In this document: positions 18,122 through 27,753 of the stretch, in pieces
Numbering within the stretch: position 1 is the first letter of the stretch
Layout: every line of letters begins with the position of its first letter
DNA from: an uncultured SAR86 cluster bacterium
Lineage (GTDB): Bacteria > Pseudomonadota > Gammaproteobacteria > Magnimaribacterales > D2472
Assembly: GCA_902518715.1 (NCBI GenBank)
Contig: CABYHU010000002.1
Span: 37,356 to 101,355 of the forward strand
Direction: 5' to 3'
Length of the DNA stretch: 64,000 nucleotides
Position numbers and translations under genes: made by a program
Notes under the pieces: generated by a model
What the model saw: only the letters and a program-made list of their open reading frames with translations
Database searches by the model: none
Told to the model about the DNA's origin: nothing

Positions 18122-19504
18122 TTAGTCTTTGAATTCAGAGACTAGACCACTTATTGATTCTTTTGCATCCCCAAATAGCATTCTGGTATTTTCTTTAAAA
18201 AATAAAGGATTTTGAACGCCAGCAAACCCTGAAGACATTGAACGCTTTAGAACGAATACTGTTCTTGCATTCGCTACTTCAAGAATGGGCATTCCATAAA
18301 TTGGGCTTCCTGGCTCTTCAGTTGCAGATGGGTTAACGACATCATTAGCCCCAATAACAATGGCAACATCTACAGTATCCATCATTGGGTTCACATCATC
18401 TGGTTCGGCGAGGAGATCATAAGAAACGTTAGCTTCAGCAAGCAGTACATTCATGTGACCAGGCATCCTACCAGCAACTGGATGAATGCCATATTTAACA
18501 TCAGTACCATTTTCTTCTAGTAGTTCACCTAGTTCTCTCACAACATGTTGTGCTTGAGCAACTGCCATTCCATATCCAGGGACAATTAAAACTGATGAGG
18601 CATTTTCAAGAATTAAGAAAGCATCCTCAGCATTGATTGGCTTAACCTCGCCCTGTTCAGAACTTGAAGAGGCAGCTGAGGCAGCATATCCAACAAATAG
18701 AATATTGCCTATGGTTCTATTCATAGCTTTTGCCATGATAATGGTCAAGATTAAACCACTTGCTCCAACAAGCGAACCTGCAACGATTAAAACATTGTTG
18801 ACAAGAATCAAGCCAGCAAATGCGGCAGCAATTCCAGAAAGAGAGTTAAGCAATGATATTACAACTGGCATGTCTCCTCCTCCAATAGGAAGAACAAAAC
18901 CCACACCGCCTAGCATCACTAAGGCAAGGTATACATAAAAAATTATTTCAAAATTTAGCGGCAAACTTCCAATCATCGGTAAGACAAGCATTACTAATAT
19001 TGAAACTAAAGATATGTAGAAAATGGAGATAAATAAATTTGTAAGTAAGTGGCCTTTACCAATCTTAAGCCTTTCGGAAAGCTTCCCGAAAGCAATCAAG
19101 CTTCCTGAGAAGGTCACCCCTCCGATATAAATTGTCAGTATTACTAATAAATACTGAAAAAGATTGTCATTTGTATTGCTCATCTCGGACCAGGCAATGA
19201 AGAAAGTTGCTAATCCCCCAAAACCATTAAAAAGAGCAACCATTTCAGGAATTGAGGTCATTTTAACTTTCACTGCAATTACTGAGCCGATAAAGGCACC
19301 TAGCAAGATTCCACCTAGTACAACAAAAGGATTAACAATATTAATAGCTGTTACGATAATTGCTATAAACATTCCAATAGCCGAAATGACATTACCTTTC
19401 TGAGCTGTTACTTCTTTTCCAAGCATCTTGATGCCTGTTATAAACAATATCGCAGCAAAGATATAAGCGATGTTTTGTAAAAGTGTTATGTCAAAATTTT
19501 CCAT
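18122..19504 (-). CDS. pntB: NAD(P) transhydrogenase subunit beta
   Basis: 460 aa. A multi-TM N-terminal half is followed by the NADP(H)-binding domain III (PGYGMAVAQAQH, HPVAGRMPGHMNVLLAEA). Confidence 0.92.
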   Translation of the reverse strand: MENFDITLLQNIAYIFAAILFITGIKMLGKEVTAQKGNVISAIGMFIAIIVTAINIVNPFVVLGGILLGAFIGSVIAVKVKMTSIPEMVALFNGFGGLATFFIAWSEMSNTNDNLFQYLLVILTIYIGGVTFSGSLIAFGKLSERLKIGKGHLLTNLFISIFYISLVSILVMLVLPMIGSLPLNFEIIFYVYLALVMLGGVGFVLPIGGGDMPVVISLLNSLSGIAAAFAGLILVNNVLIVAGSLVGASGLILTIIMAKAMNRTIGNILFVGYAASAASSSSEQGEVKPINAEDAFLILENASSVLIVPGYGMAVAQAQHVVRELGELLEENGTDVKYGIHPVAGRMPGHMNVLLAEANVSYDLLAEPDDVNPMMDTVDVAIVIGANDVVNPSATEEPGSPIYGMPILEVANARTVFVLKRSMSSGFAGVQNPLFFKENTRMLFGDAKESISGLVSEFKD

Positions 19505-19505
19505 A

Positions 19506-19778
19506 TTATTTCTTTTTGAACATACTCAGCATCCTATTAGTAACCAAATAGCCACCAAAAACATTAATTGATGCAAAGGTTATAGCTAAAAATGCAATTA
19601 CGGTTTGAAGGAAAGTATCTTGTGTCAAGGTTAATGCTCCAACAAGTGCAATTCCTGAGATTGCATTAGCACCAGACATTAAAGGTGTATGAAGAGTGCT
19701 CGGAACTTTTGAAATTAATTCAAGACCAAGATAAATAGAAAGAATAAGAACAAACCCAAGCAAAATATATATTTCCAT
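19506..19778 (-). CDS. pntA: NAD(P) transhydrogenase subunit alpha, part 2 (membrane segment)
   Basis: This 90-aa hydrophobic protein lies between alpha part 1 and beta. The split-alpha organisation is the same as in Rhodospirillum-type PntAA/PntAB/PntB. Confidence 0.85.
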   Translation of the reverse strand: MEIYILLGFVLILSIYLGLELISKVPSTLHTPLMSGANAISGIALVGALTLTQDTFLQTVIAFLAITFASINVFGGYLVTNRMLSMFKKK

Positions 19779-20896
19779 TATTTGAACCTCTCATTTTTTA
19801 CTTCACCATCAAAAACTAAAACACTGCTTGAAATGATTTCATCTTCAAAATCAAATCTTATATTTTTGCTTTCCTCGTCATAAAATTCTAATAGCCAGTT
19901 ATTAAAGTTATTTGATAATGCATAGGATGCATGCCCAGCTACTTTTGATGCAAGGTTGGATATCCCTACAATCTTGACTCCATCAACCTCTACAATCTCA
20001 TCAACCTTTGAACCCTCCACATTTCCACCAGATTCAACAGCCATATCTAAAACTACACTACCTCTCTTCATTTTTTTAATGGTGCTATTATCAATTATTC
20101 GTGGAGCTGGTCTGCCAAAAAGTTGAGCTGTAGTTATAACAATATCTGATCTTTCACAAACTTTTGATTGAAGTTCTTTTTGTTTGGCCAACTGCTCATC
20201 AGTCAATTCCTTTGCATATCCTTGACTAGTCTCACCTGTCTCGCCTAAATCGATTTTTACAAATTTTGCACCCAATGACTGAACTTGTTCTTCTACAACA
20301 TCTCTTGTATCAAATGCCTCTACTCTTGCTCCAAGTCTCTTTGCTGTTGCTATTGCTTGAAGGCCAGCCACACCAACCCCAATAACGAAAACTCTTGCCG
20401 GCTTAAGGGTCCCTGCAGCTGTCATCATCATCGGCATAGCGCTTGATAATAAAGATGAAGATTCTATTACGGCAACATAGCCTGCTAAGTTTGCCTGGGA
20501 GCTGAGAACATCCATTTTTTGCGCACGCGTAATTCTTGGAACAAACTCCATTGATACTAAATTTATATTTGAATCGCACAAATTTTTTAATAATTCTTGG
20601 TTTTCAAATGGGCTCACCATCCCCATTAAGGTCTTACCACCACCAATTAGTTTGACTTCATGATCATCAATTGGGCTTGGAGTTAAAATTATTTCGGCAT
20701 TGGAAAAACAGCTTTCTCTACTTACTGATTTTGCTCCTAAATCTATAAAAGTTTGATCGCCCACATGTATTCCATCGCCAATACCACTCTCAAAAATAAT
20801 TTCTATTCCTTTTGAAATTAAATTTTTAATAGTTTCAGGATGTAAGACAGATCTTTTGTCTGAAACATCTTTTGATTTAATAGCTGAAATAATCAA
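19778..20896 (-). CDS. pntA: NAD(P) transhydrogenase subunit alpha, part 1 (soluble dI, NAD(H)-binding)
   Basis: 372 aa. It has the alanine dehydrogenase/PNT fold with the dinucleotide motif VFVIGVGVAGLQAIATAKRLGA. Confidence 0.9.
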   Translation of the reverse strand: MIISAIKSKDVSDKRSVLHPETIKNLISKGIEIIFESGIGDGIHVGDQTFIDLGAKSVSRESCFSNAEIILTPSPIDDHEVKLIGGGKTLMGMVSPFENQELLKNLCDSNINLVSMEFVPRITRAQKMDVLSSQANLAGYVAVIESSSLLSSAMPMMMTAAGTLKPARVFVIGVGVAGLQAIATAKRLGARVEAFDTRDVVEEQVQSLGAKFVKIDLGETGETSQGYAKELTDEQLAKQKELQSKVCERSDIVITTAQLFGRPAPRIIDNSTIKKMKRGSVVLDMAVESGGNVEGSKVDEIVEVDGVKIVGISNLASKVAGHASYALSNNFNNWLLEFYDEESKNIRFDFEDEIISSSVLVFDGEVKNERFK

Positions 20897-21001
20897 TTTG
20901 AACCCTTTCTTTATCTTTTTGATATTATTATAAAAAATAATGTGTTTTGATTATAAACTCAATATTAGCCTTAAATAAAATTAGTTTTTAGTTTTTTAAA
21001 A

Positions 21002-21700
21002 ATGAATAAAAATATAGATCAGAATGAAGTAAACAAGTTTGCCGAACTTGCTGATAAGTGGTGGGATTCCTCTGGAGAATTCAAGCCTCTTCACAATATA
21101 AACCCAATTAGATCTGAATATATTGCCTCCAAAATAGATTTAAAAGGAAAAAAAGTCTTAGATGTCGGATGTGGTGGGGGTTTATTAGCTGAAGCGCTTT
21201 ATGACCTTGGTGCAGAGGTCGATGGTATCGATGCTGCAGGTCCTGGTATTGAGGTTGCTAGGATTCATGCAGAAAGAGAGGATAAGCAAATTAATTATGC
21301 AACAGCTCAAGCTGAAGATTTTTGCATTGATAAAGAAGGTTATTATGACGTGGTTACTTGTTTAGAAGTTTTAGAACATGTTCCAAGTCCAGCCTCTTTG
21401 GTTGAGGCATGCTCAAAAATGCTGAAAAAGGATGGTCTTTTATTTCTTTCTACGATTAATAGAAATCCCAGGTCGTGGATAACGGCAATTGTGGGAGCTG
21501 AGTATATTTTTAGTATTCTCCCAAAAGGAACTCATGAATTTGAAAAATTTATAAAACCATCTGAGCTTGGTGAATATATGGAAAATGCTTCAGTGAAACT
21601 TATGGAAGCCAAAGGCATGTTCTATAACCCTGTTACTCATCATGTAAGCCTGAACAATGATTTAGGAGTTAATTACATGATGTACGGAATCAATGAGTAA
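21002..21700 (+). CDS. ubiG: Ubiquinone biosynthesis O-methyltransferase
   Basis: It has the N-terminal FAELADKWWD and the SAM motif VLDVGCGGGLLAE. It is 232 aa and is followed by HAD and SDR genes, as in Pseudomonas-type loci. Confidence 0.88.
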   Translation: MNKNIDQNEVNKFAELADKWWDSSGEFKPLHNINPIRSEYIASKIDLKGKKVLDVGCGGGLLAEALYDLGAEVDGIDAAGPGIEVARIHAEREDKQINYATAQAEDFCIDKEGYYDVVTCLEVLEHVPSPASLVEACSKMLKKDGLLFLSTINRNPRSWITAIVGAEYIFSILPKGTHEFEKFIKPSELGEYMENASVKLMEAKGMFYNPVTHHVSLNNDLGVNYMMYGINE

Positions 21701-22352
21701 AATAGAAGCAGTTTTATTTGATCTAGATGGCACTTTGCTTGATTCTTTCCCTGACTTCTTAGCATCTCTGGAAAATATAAATATAAATAGTTCATCAAAA
21801 AAAATTGATGAGAGTATTGTTAGAGCAAATGTTTCTGATGGTAGCTCAAAACTTCTTAAACTTGTCTTTAATATAGATGCAGATGATGAAGGCTTTGATG
21901 AGCACAAAAGAAACTTTTTAAACGAATATGAGAAGAATATTTTAATGTATGGAAACTTATTTCATGGAGTTTCTGACTTACTCAACTTTTTATTGGATAA
22001 AAAAATTCCATATGGAATAGTAACTAACAAGCCAAGGAAATATACTGAGATCATACTAAAGAAATCAAGCCTACTTAGACAATCTAAAGTAGTTATCTGT
22101 TGTGATGATGGCTTTAAATCAAAGCCTAATCCAGAAGGAATTAATCATGCATGCAATATTCTTGGGGTCCCAAATTCGAAATGTATTTATGTTGGAGACC
22201 ATGAAAATGATTTAAATGCTTCTTTGGCCGCAGGAACAATCTCAGGTGTATGCACTTTTGGCTATGGATTTAAAAAAGGATTAATTGTTGATGGTGCAGA
22301 GAACTTTGAATCACCATTACAAATCTTAGATTTTATTAAACGAAATGTCTGA
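21693..22352 (+). CDS. HAD-superfamily phosphatase (phosphoglycolate phosphatase / MupP-like)
   Basis: It has DxDGT motif I (VLFDLDGTLLDS), motif II (VTNK) and motif IV (GDHENDLNAS). Its position downstream of ubiG matches Pseudomonas mupP. Confidence 0.75.
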   Translation: MSKIEAVLFDLDGTLLDSFPDFLASLENININSSSKKIDESIVRANVSDGSSKLLKLVFNIDADDEGFDEHKRNFLNEYEKNILMYGNLFHGVSDLLNFLLDKKIPYGIVTNKPRKYTEIILKKSSLLRQSKVVICCDDGFKSKPNPEGINHACNILGVPNSKCIYVGDHENDLNASLAAGTISGVCTFGYGFKKGLIVDGAENFESPLQILDFIKRNV

Positions 22353-23091
22353 ATTTGTTCAAGGAAAGAATATTATGATTACCGGAGCAACAAGCGGTAT
22401 TGGCCTTGAGCTCGTGAAATCATTTTCATCAAAAGGTGCCAATATTATTATGCTTGGGAAAGATGAAGATAGGCTTGATGAGCTCTATGATGAGATTTCA
22501 GCACATAGTGGTAAAAACCTAATTATAAGATCTGATCTAAGAAAGTTAGATGAGAAAGGTGCAATTCAGATCTCAGATGAGATAAAGAAATACTATGAGA
22601 ATATTGATGGCTTAATTCATAACGCAGCTATTTTAGGAAATCTTACAAGGATTGAAGATTACCAATCAAAAACTTGGGATGATGTTTTGCAAGTTAATCT
22701 GACCTCTTCATTTTTAATCACAAAGCATTTGTTAGAGTTGGTATCTTATTCTAATGAAGCAAGGATTATTTTTGTTTCTTCAGGTGTTTCAAATATTGGA
22801 AAAGCATTCTGGGGCGCATACTCAGTATCAAAATTTGCACAAAGGGGTTTGGCTGAAATCCTAAGCGAAGAGACTGAGGTGAATAAAAATATGAAAGTTT
22901 TTAGTTTTGATCCTGGAGCAACAAAAACAAAAATGCGTTTTGCAGCAAGACCTTCTGAAGATCAGGATTCTATAAAGACTCCCAAAGATTTAATTCATTG
23001 TTTTGAATGGTTTTTTTCGGATGAAAGTTCGCTTTCAAAGAATGTACATTTTAAATACTCAGATTTTCATCTTCCAAAAGACGCCACATAA
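22345..23091 (+). CDS. Short-chain dehydrogenase/reductase (YciK-like)
   Basis: It has ITGATSGIG, NAA and the catalytic YSVSK. It is 248 aa. Confidence 0.8.
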   Translation: MSEFVQGKNIMITGATSGIGLELVKSFSSKGANIIMLGKDEDRLDELYDEISAHSGKNLIIRSDLRKLDEKGAIQISDEIKKYYENIDGLIHNAAILGNLTRIEDYQSKTWDDVLQVNLTSSFLITKHLLELVSYSNEARIIFVSSGVSNIGKAFWGAYSVSKFAQRGLAEILSEETEVNKNMKVFSFDPGATKTKMRFAARPSEDQDSIKTPKDLIHCFEWFFSDESSLSKNVHFKYSDFHLPKDAT

Positions 23092-23662
23092 ATAAGCTTA
23101 GATAGGAATTATATGGACTGAATTGTTTATAAAATTTTTCCTCTATTTTTTTCTTTGGAAATGCAATCTTGTGAGCATATATAATTCCTAGATCCGTTAA
23201 GGGCATCACATCAGAATCTCCTAAATAAAAGATTCTCGACATATCCACGGTCCACTTACCAATTCCCTTAATAGACAGGAGAAGCTTTGAAAACTCCTCG
23301 GTTGATTTAGTCTTTAATTTTCTTCTGTTAGAGCCTCTAATTTCATCGTTATAGATAATTCCAATCATATAATCTACTTTTCTTGCAGAAAGGCCAGCAT
23401 CCTTTAATTTTTTTTGAAGATTATTAGTTGGTTTCTTAGGTAGCTTTCCCTTTAAGATTTTTTCTACTCTTAGCCAGATCGCATCTGCGGCCTTTGTAGA
23501 GATTTGTTGTCCTACAATTATCTTGCATAAATGATGATCAAATTTGAGTTTTGAAAGCTTGATTTTGAGTGGACCAATATTTTTTATGTGTCTATGAAGC
23601 TCATTAAATTTGTATTTCTTAGTAAGAATAAGAAGGCCTTTGTATGCTTTTTCACTTTCCAT
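23051..23662 (-). CDS. DNA-3-methyladenine glycosylase II-like HhH-GPD glycosylase
   Basis: It has the HhH-GPD segment LLSIKGIGKWTVDMSRIFYLGDSDVMPLTDLGI. It is 203 aa. Confidence 0.7.
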   Translation of the reverse strand: MESEKAYKGLLILTKKYKFNELHRHIKNIGPLKIKLSKLKFDHHLCKIIVGQQISTKAADAIWLRVEKILKGKLPKKPTNNLQKKLKDAGLSARKVDYMIGIIYNDEIRGSNRRKLKTKSTEEFSKLLLSIKGIGKWTVDMSRIFYLGDSDVMPLTDLGIIYAHKIAFPKKKIEEKFYKQFSPYNSYLSLFMWRLLEDENLSI

Positions 23663-24380
23663 AGGTATACATTTTTTCTAAATCTTTAGATTTTAACTCC
23701 TGCCAGTCTCCTTCCTTTAATCCTTTTGGAAGAAATACTGGTCCAAACCTTACCCTCTTAAGTCTGCTTACTTGAAGCCCCTGAGACTCAAATATTTTTC
23801 GTATTTCTCTGTTGCGACCTGTGAGCAGACAAACTGTATACCATCTGTTTGAATTTGTTTTATCCCCATCAACAATGTCGCTTAATCTAAGCAATTGATT
23901 ATCTATCTTTATTCCTCTTAACATATTCTCTTTAATCTCTTCATCAAAATGGCCTCGTGCTCTCACGAGATATTCTCTATCAAATAAATTACTTGGATGA
24001 GCTATAAATTCAGAAAGCTTTCCATCGTTAGTAAAAAAAATTAAGCCTGACGAGTTTGCATCCAGCCTGCCAACAATCATTAAGTTTTTTTCATTATCAA
24101 TCTTAGGAATTAAATCATATATAGATTTCAAATTGCCTTCAGTCTTTTTAGAGCAAATAACTCCTGTTGGTTTGTTTAGAACAAATAATCTGGTTTGAAC
24201 ATCTATAAATTCAACTTTTTTGCTTCCTATTTTAATTTCATCATCCGAGTTAACCACGCAACCAAGTTTTGCTATTTCTCCATTTACAGTAACTTTCCCT
24301 GAGCTAATTATCTCTTCACATCCTCTTCTTGAGCCATAGCCTGCTCTTGCAAGTATTTTTTGCAACCGAGTTTTTTTCAT
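23652..24380 (-). CDS. rluB: 23S rRNA pseudouridine synthase B
   Basis: It has an S4 domain (RLQKILARAGYGSRR) and the RsuA/RluB catalytic motif VGRLDANSSGL. It follows scpB, as in many gammaproteobacteria. Confidence 0.85.
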   Translation of the reverse strand: MKKTRLQKILARAGYGSRRGCEEIISSGKVTVNGEIAKLGCVVNSDDEIKIGSKKVEFIDVQTRLFVLNKPTGVICSKKTEGNLKSIYDLIPKIDNEKNLMIVGRLDANSSGLIFFTNDGKLSEFIAHPSNLFDREYLVRARGHFDEEIKENMLRGIKIDNQLLRLSDIVDGDKTNSNRWYTVCLLTGRNREIRKIFESQGLQVSRLKRVRFGPVFLPKGLKEGDWQELKSKDLEKMYTYGK

Positions 24381-24386
24381 AAGTAA

Positions 24387-25001
24387 TTAACTTGCCTCTA
24401 GATTTATCTCTGCTGTTTCGGTGATTTCTTTTGAAGAAATTTCTTCTTTTTCAGGCAACGGCGGCAAGTCTGAGATTTTCTTTATGTTGAGATCATTCAA
24501 AAAGGTTTTTGTAGTTACCAATAATGCTGGTCTACCAGGTGTTTCTTTATATCCTGAAATCTTTACCCAATCTCTTTCAAGTAAATTTCTTATAATATTA
24601 GTGCTAACCTGTACCCCTCTAATTTCCTCAATTTCTCCCCTAGTTACAGGCTGCTTATAGGCTATTATGGAAATAGTTTCCATCAAAGATTTAGATAATC
24701 TATTGTTCTCTGTCCATAATGAGGATAGAAGATGAGTGAAATCTTTTTTAATCTGCAATCTAAAACCAGAAGCTACTTCGGATAACTCTAAAGAAGATTC
24801 TGCATATCTCTCCTCAAGATTATTTAATCCAACTTTTATTTCAGCCAAATCAACTTTAATACCTTCATTTTCAAGAATTGATCTAATTTCTGATAGTCGC
24901 AATGGCCTTCCTGATGCAAATAGTAAAGATTCAATAAGATTTTCGATATTCTTATTCATTTGCTGCATTAAGTACTTTTGATTTGATATAAATTTCTTCA
25001 T
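24387..25001 (-). CDS. scpB: Segregation and condensation protein B
   Basis: It has IESLLFASGRPL and AYKQPVTRGEIEEIRGV, the wHTH segments typical of ScpB. The start is probably the internal Met at 24959 or 24968, which reduces the 50-nt overlap with scpA. Confidence 0.85.
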   Translation of the reverse strand: MKKFISNQKYLMQQMNKNIENLIESLLFASGRPLRLSEIRSILENEGIKVDLAEIKVGLNNLEERYAESSLELSEVASGFRLQIKKDFTHLLSSLWTENNRLSKSLMETISIIAYKQPVTRGEIEEIRGVQVSTNIIRNLLERDWVKISGYKETPGRPALLVTTKTFLNDLNIKKISDLPPLPEKEEISSKEITETAEINLEAS

Positions 25002-25761
25002 TATTATTTTGGATTAAGTCTACACATCCATCTTTAGCAAGCTCAAGCGAGGCTAGGAATGAAACTACTACTCCAATTTTGCCTTCTGATTTTTGAAGGG
25101 TCTTATAAAAACCAATTAAATTCTTTTTTGAAAGAATTGATAATATAAGCTTAATCCTCTCCTGCGTTGAGAGCTCTTCGAAAGCTATCTGATGGCTTTT
25201 ATCTAGTTTAGGTCTTGATAAAACCTCAACCATACTTGACTTAAGTCTTGCAGCATTAAAGTCAATTACATTTGTCTTTTTTTCAACTTTAGGCATACCG
25301 ACGCTTGCTAGATAAAAGTCTCTATTTACTCTATCCATGTTTGCAAGCTGTTCTGAAACAGTTTTAAAAACTTGGTATTCTTGAAGCCTTTTTATTAAAT
25401 CCAGCCTTGGATCAGTTTCATCATCTTCCTCTTCAACTTTCGGTAGAAGCATTCTTGATTTAATTTCAGCCAATGTAGCTGCCATTACCAAGTATTCTGC
25501 AGCTAGCTCAAAGTTTAAAGAATCCATAAGATTTATATAATCAATGTATTGATCAGTAATTTTAGATACTTCCAGATCTAGGATATTTATATTTTGTTTT
25601 TTTATAAGGTATAACAACAAGTCCATTGGACCAGTAAAAGTCTCTAGACAAATCTCTAGAGCTTGCGGAGGAATAAAAAGGTCCTCTGGCATTTCTGGCA
25701 ATGGGACGCCATTAACAATGCCTAATTCGCTTTGTTTAGGTTGGAAAGTGCTCATAAACAC
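24952..25761 (-). CDS. scpA: Segregation and condensation protein A
   Basis: 269 aa. FTGPMDLLLYLIKKQNINILDLEVSKITDQYIDYI matches the ScpA N-terminal signature. Confidence 0.85.
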   Translation of the reverse strand: MFMSTFQPKQSELGIVNGVPLPEMPEDLFIPPQALEICLETFTGPMDLLLYLIKKQNINILDLEVSKITDQYIDYINLMDSLNFELAAEYLVMAATLAEIKSRMLLPKVEEEDDETDPRLDLIKRLQEYQVFKTVSEQLANMDRVNRDFYLASVGMPKVEKKTNVIDFNAARLKSSMVEVLSRPKLDKSHQIAFEELSTQERIKLILSILSKKNLIGFYKTLQKSEGKIGVVVSFLASLELAKDGCVDLIQNNNEEIYIKSKVLNAANE

Positions 25762-25935
25762 TACATAGTGTAATTGTGGAAAGTCTTAAATACAACATAT
25801 TGTGTTTGTACAAAAAAATGGTTTTTTAAGCATTATTGGGCTAATAAAAAATAAATCTAAATATTTAATATATAGCTTTCAATTGATTTGCATCATAGTT
25901 ATATTTGTAAACCTAATTTAATAAGTGATTAAAAG

Positions 25936-26988
25936 ATGAATTACTCAACTGACAATACCCGAATAATTGACAAAGTAGATTTAGTTACTCCTAATGATGT
26001 GATCTCAAAATATCCTCTAACTGATGAGATATCTAAACTAGTATATGGAACTAGAAATGAGGTAAGTCAAATACTGCATGGTAAAGACGACAGATTAATA
26101 GCTGTAGTTGGTCCCTGCTCAATTCATGATCCAGATTCTGCTGAAGAATATGCAAAACTTTTAATTGATGAAAAGAAAAAATATGAAGAAGATATTCTTT
26201 TGATTATGAGAGTCTATTTTGAAAAACCAAGAACAAGCATAGGCTGGAAAGGTCTTATTAATGACCCAGATATGGATAATACTTTTGATGCAAATAAAGG
26301 GCTTTTTCTTGCAAGATCTATACTTCATAAAATTTCTGAGCTTGGACTTCCTGTTGGTACTGAGTTTCTTGATCCAATTTCTCCCCAGTTTGTTGCTGAT
26401 CTAATTTCGTGGGGTGCCATTGGAGCCAGAACTGCTGAAAGTCAGATTCATCGAGAGCTGGCATCGGGACTTTCATGTCCAATTGGCTTTAAAAATGGGA
26501 CAACAGGTGATTTAAATCCAGCTATTTATGGAATAAAAGCTTCCAATCATTCACATGTATTTTTTTCAAATACTAAGGATGGAATGGTTTCTATTTATAA
26601 GACATCCGGGAACTCTGATACACATATTATTCTCAGAGGTGGAACTAAACCAAACCTTTACCCAGATGACATTAGAGAAACTATTGATGCACTTAATGAA
26701 GCGGAAGCAAATGATTCAATCATGATTGATGTGAGCCATGGCAATAGTCAAAAGGTCTTTAAAAGACAGCTTGAAAATATCAGCGTAGTATCTAAGCAAA
26801 TATCTGATGGTATGAGTGAAATAAGAGGAGTAATGATTGAAAGTCACTTACAAGAAGGTAATCAGAAGATTGGCAAGGATTTACAATATGGGCAAAGTAT
26901 AACAGATGCATGTATTCACTTTGATGATACAAAACAATGTCTTTCTGAGCTCTCCTCTGCTGTTCAAGCTAGGAGATCGAAAAGCTAG
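25936..26988 (+). CDS. 3-deoxy-7-phosphoheptulonate (DAHP) synthase, class I (AroF/G/H family)
   Basis: 350 aa. It has VVGPCSIHD, EKPRTSIGWKG and IMIDVSHGNS. The isozyme and its feedback specificity cannot be assigned by eye. Confidence 0.92.
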   Translation: MNYSTDNTRIIDKVDLVTPNDVISKYPLTDEISKLVYGTRNEVSQILHGKDDRLIAVVGPCSIHDPDSAEEYAKLLIDEKKKYEEDILLIMRVYFEKPRTSIGWKGLINDPDMDNTFDANKGLFLARSILHKISELGLPVGTEFLDPISPQFVADLISWGAIGARTAESQIHRELASGLSCPIGFKNGTTGDLNPAIYGIKASNHSHVFFSNTKDGMVSIYKTSGNSDTHIILRGGTKPNLYPDDIRETIDALNEAEANDSIMIDVSHGNSQKVFKRQLENISVVSKQISDGMSEIRGVMIESHLQEGNQKIGKDLQYGQSITDACIHFDDTKQCLSELSSAVQARRSKS

Positions 26989-27753
26989 GTGAAGTCAGAT
27001 AATCTCTCTTTTTCAAAAGATGTTGCAGATACTATTGGTGTAGAAGCTGCAGTTATCCTTAAATTCATTGAAGATAATAAAATTTCATCAAATTCGATAG
27101 AAGATATAGCAGAAATTATCTTAGAAAAATTCTCTTTTATGGAAGAGCAAAAAATAGTTAGCAGCATTGAAAAGATTGCTGGCCTTGGATTAATTAAAAT
27201 TAAGTCTGATAAAAATTATAAGGTTCAGCTTAAGTTGCCTCAAAAGTCGAGATCAGATAAATCAAACATATTAGATTCTGACTGGAAGCCTTCAAGGGAG
27301 GCTGTTGAGGTTCTTGAGCTTGGAGGAATTGACTTAGATTTTGCTTCTTTGAAGCTAAAAGAATTCAGGATTTATTGGAGAGAAAAGAAGGTCCAAAAAG
27401 ATAATTGGAACTCTGTTTTCATTAACTACATTAGAAAAGAATGGGTACAATTCAACTCAAAAAATAAAGGCATGCCATATACTATGGCAGACGACTGGTT
27501 ACCTAGTAGTTCTGCTCTTGATATTCTTGAGTTGTCAGAAATTAAAAAAGATACTGCTCTAAGCTATCTGAGTGAATTTATTCTTTTTTGGAAGGATAAT
27601 GGAGCTGCATTAAAAACATGGAACGTTAAATTTGTTGATTTTGTAAAAAGAAAAGAGATTGGGAGTTATAATAGTAAAAATGAGCCAGGAAAATTCACCA
27701 AAACATTCAAAGAAAGAAAAAGTGACCAGTCTTGGGCAGAAGAAATCGAGTAA
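26989..27753 (+). CDS. DnaT-like protein: small N-terminal helical domain plus two tandem DnaT-C-terminal-like repeats
   Basis: A GTG start abuts the DAHP synthase stop. Repeat 1 (nt 27274-27444) is DWKPSREAVEVLELGGIDLDFASLKLKEFRIYWREKKVQKDNWNSVF. Repeat 2 (nt 27487-27654) is DDWLPSSSALDILELSEIKKDTALSYLSEFILFWKDNGAALKTWNVKF. Both follow the pattern of the E. coli DnaT C-terminal domain (YPDWQPD..SFIAYWQAEGK..W). Confidence 0.55.
   Translation: MKSDNLSFSKDVADTIGVEAAVILKFIEDNKISSNSIEDIAEIILEKFSFMEEQKIVSSIEKIAGLGLIKIKSDKNYKVQLKLPQKSRSDKSNILDSDWKPSREAVEVLELGGIDLDFASLKLKEFRIYWREKKVQKDNWNSVFINYIRKEWVQFNSKNKGMPYTMADDWLPSSSALDILELSEIKKDTALSYLSEFILFWKDNGAALKTWNVKFVDFVKRKEIGSYNSKNEPGKFTKTFKERKSDQSWAEEIE

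Noticed and set aside
25805-25814. Perfect 10-bp palindrome TTTGTACAAA in the scpA/DAHP-synthase spacer.
   Set aside because: It is short, A/T-rich and occurs once. I have no second copy or known operator consensus to tie it to.
25906-25923. TyrR-box-like sequence TGTAAA-N6-TTAATA just upstream of the DAHP synthase start codon.
   Set aside because: It matches only 10 of 12 positions of TGTAAAN6TTTACA, in DNA that is overwhelmingly A/T. It sits 12 nt from the ATG, in RBS territory, not at a promoter-proximal operator position. It is not distinguishable from chance.
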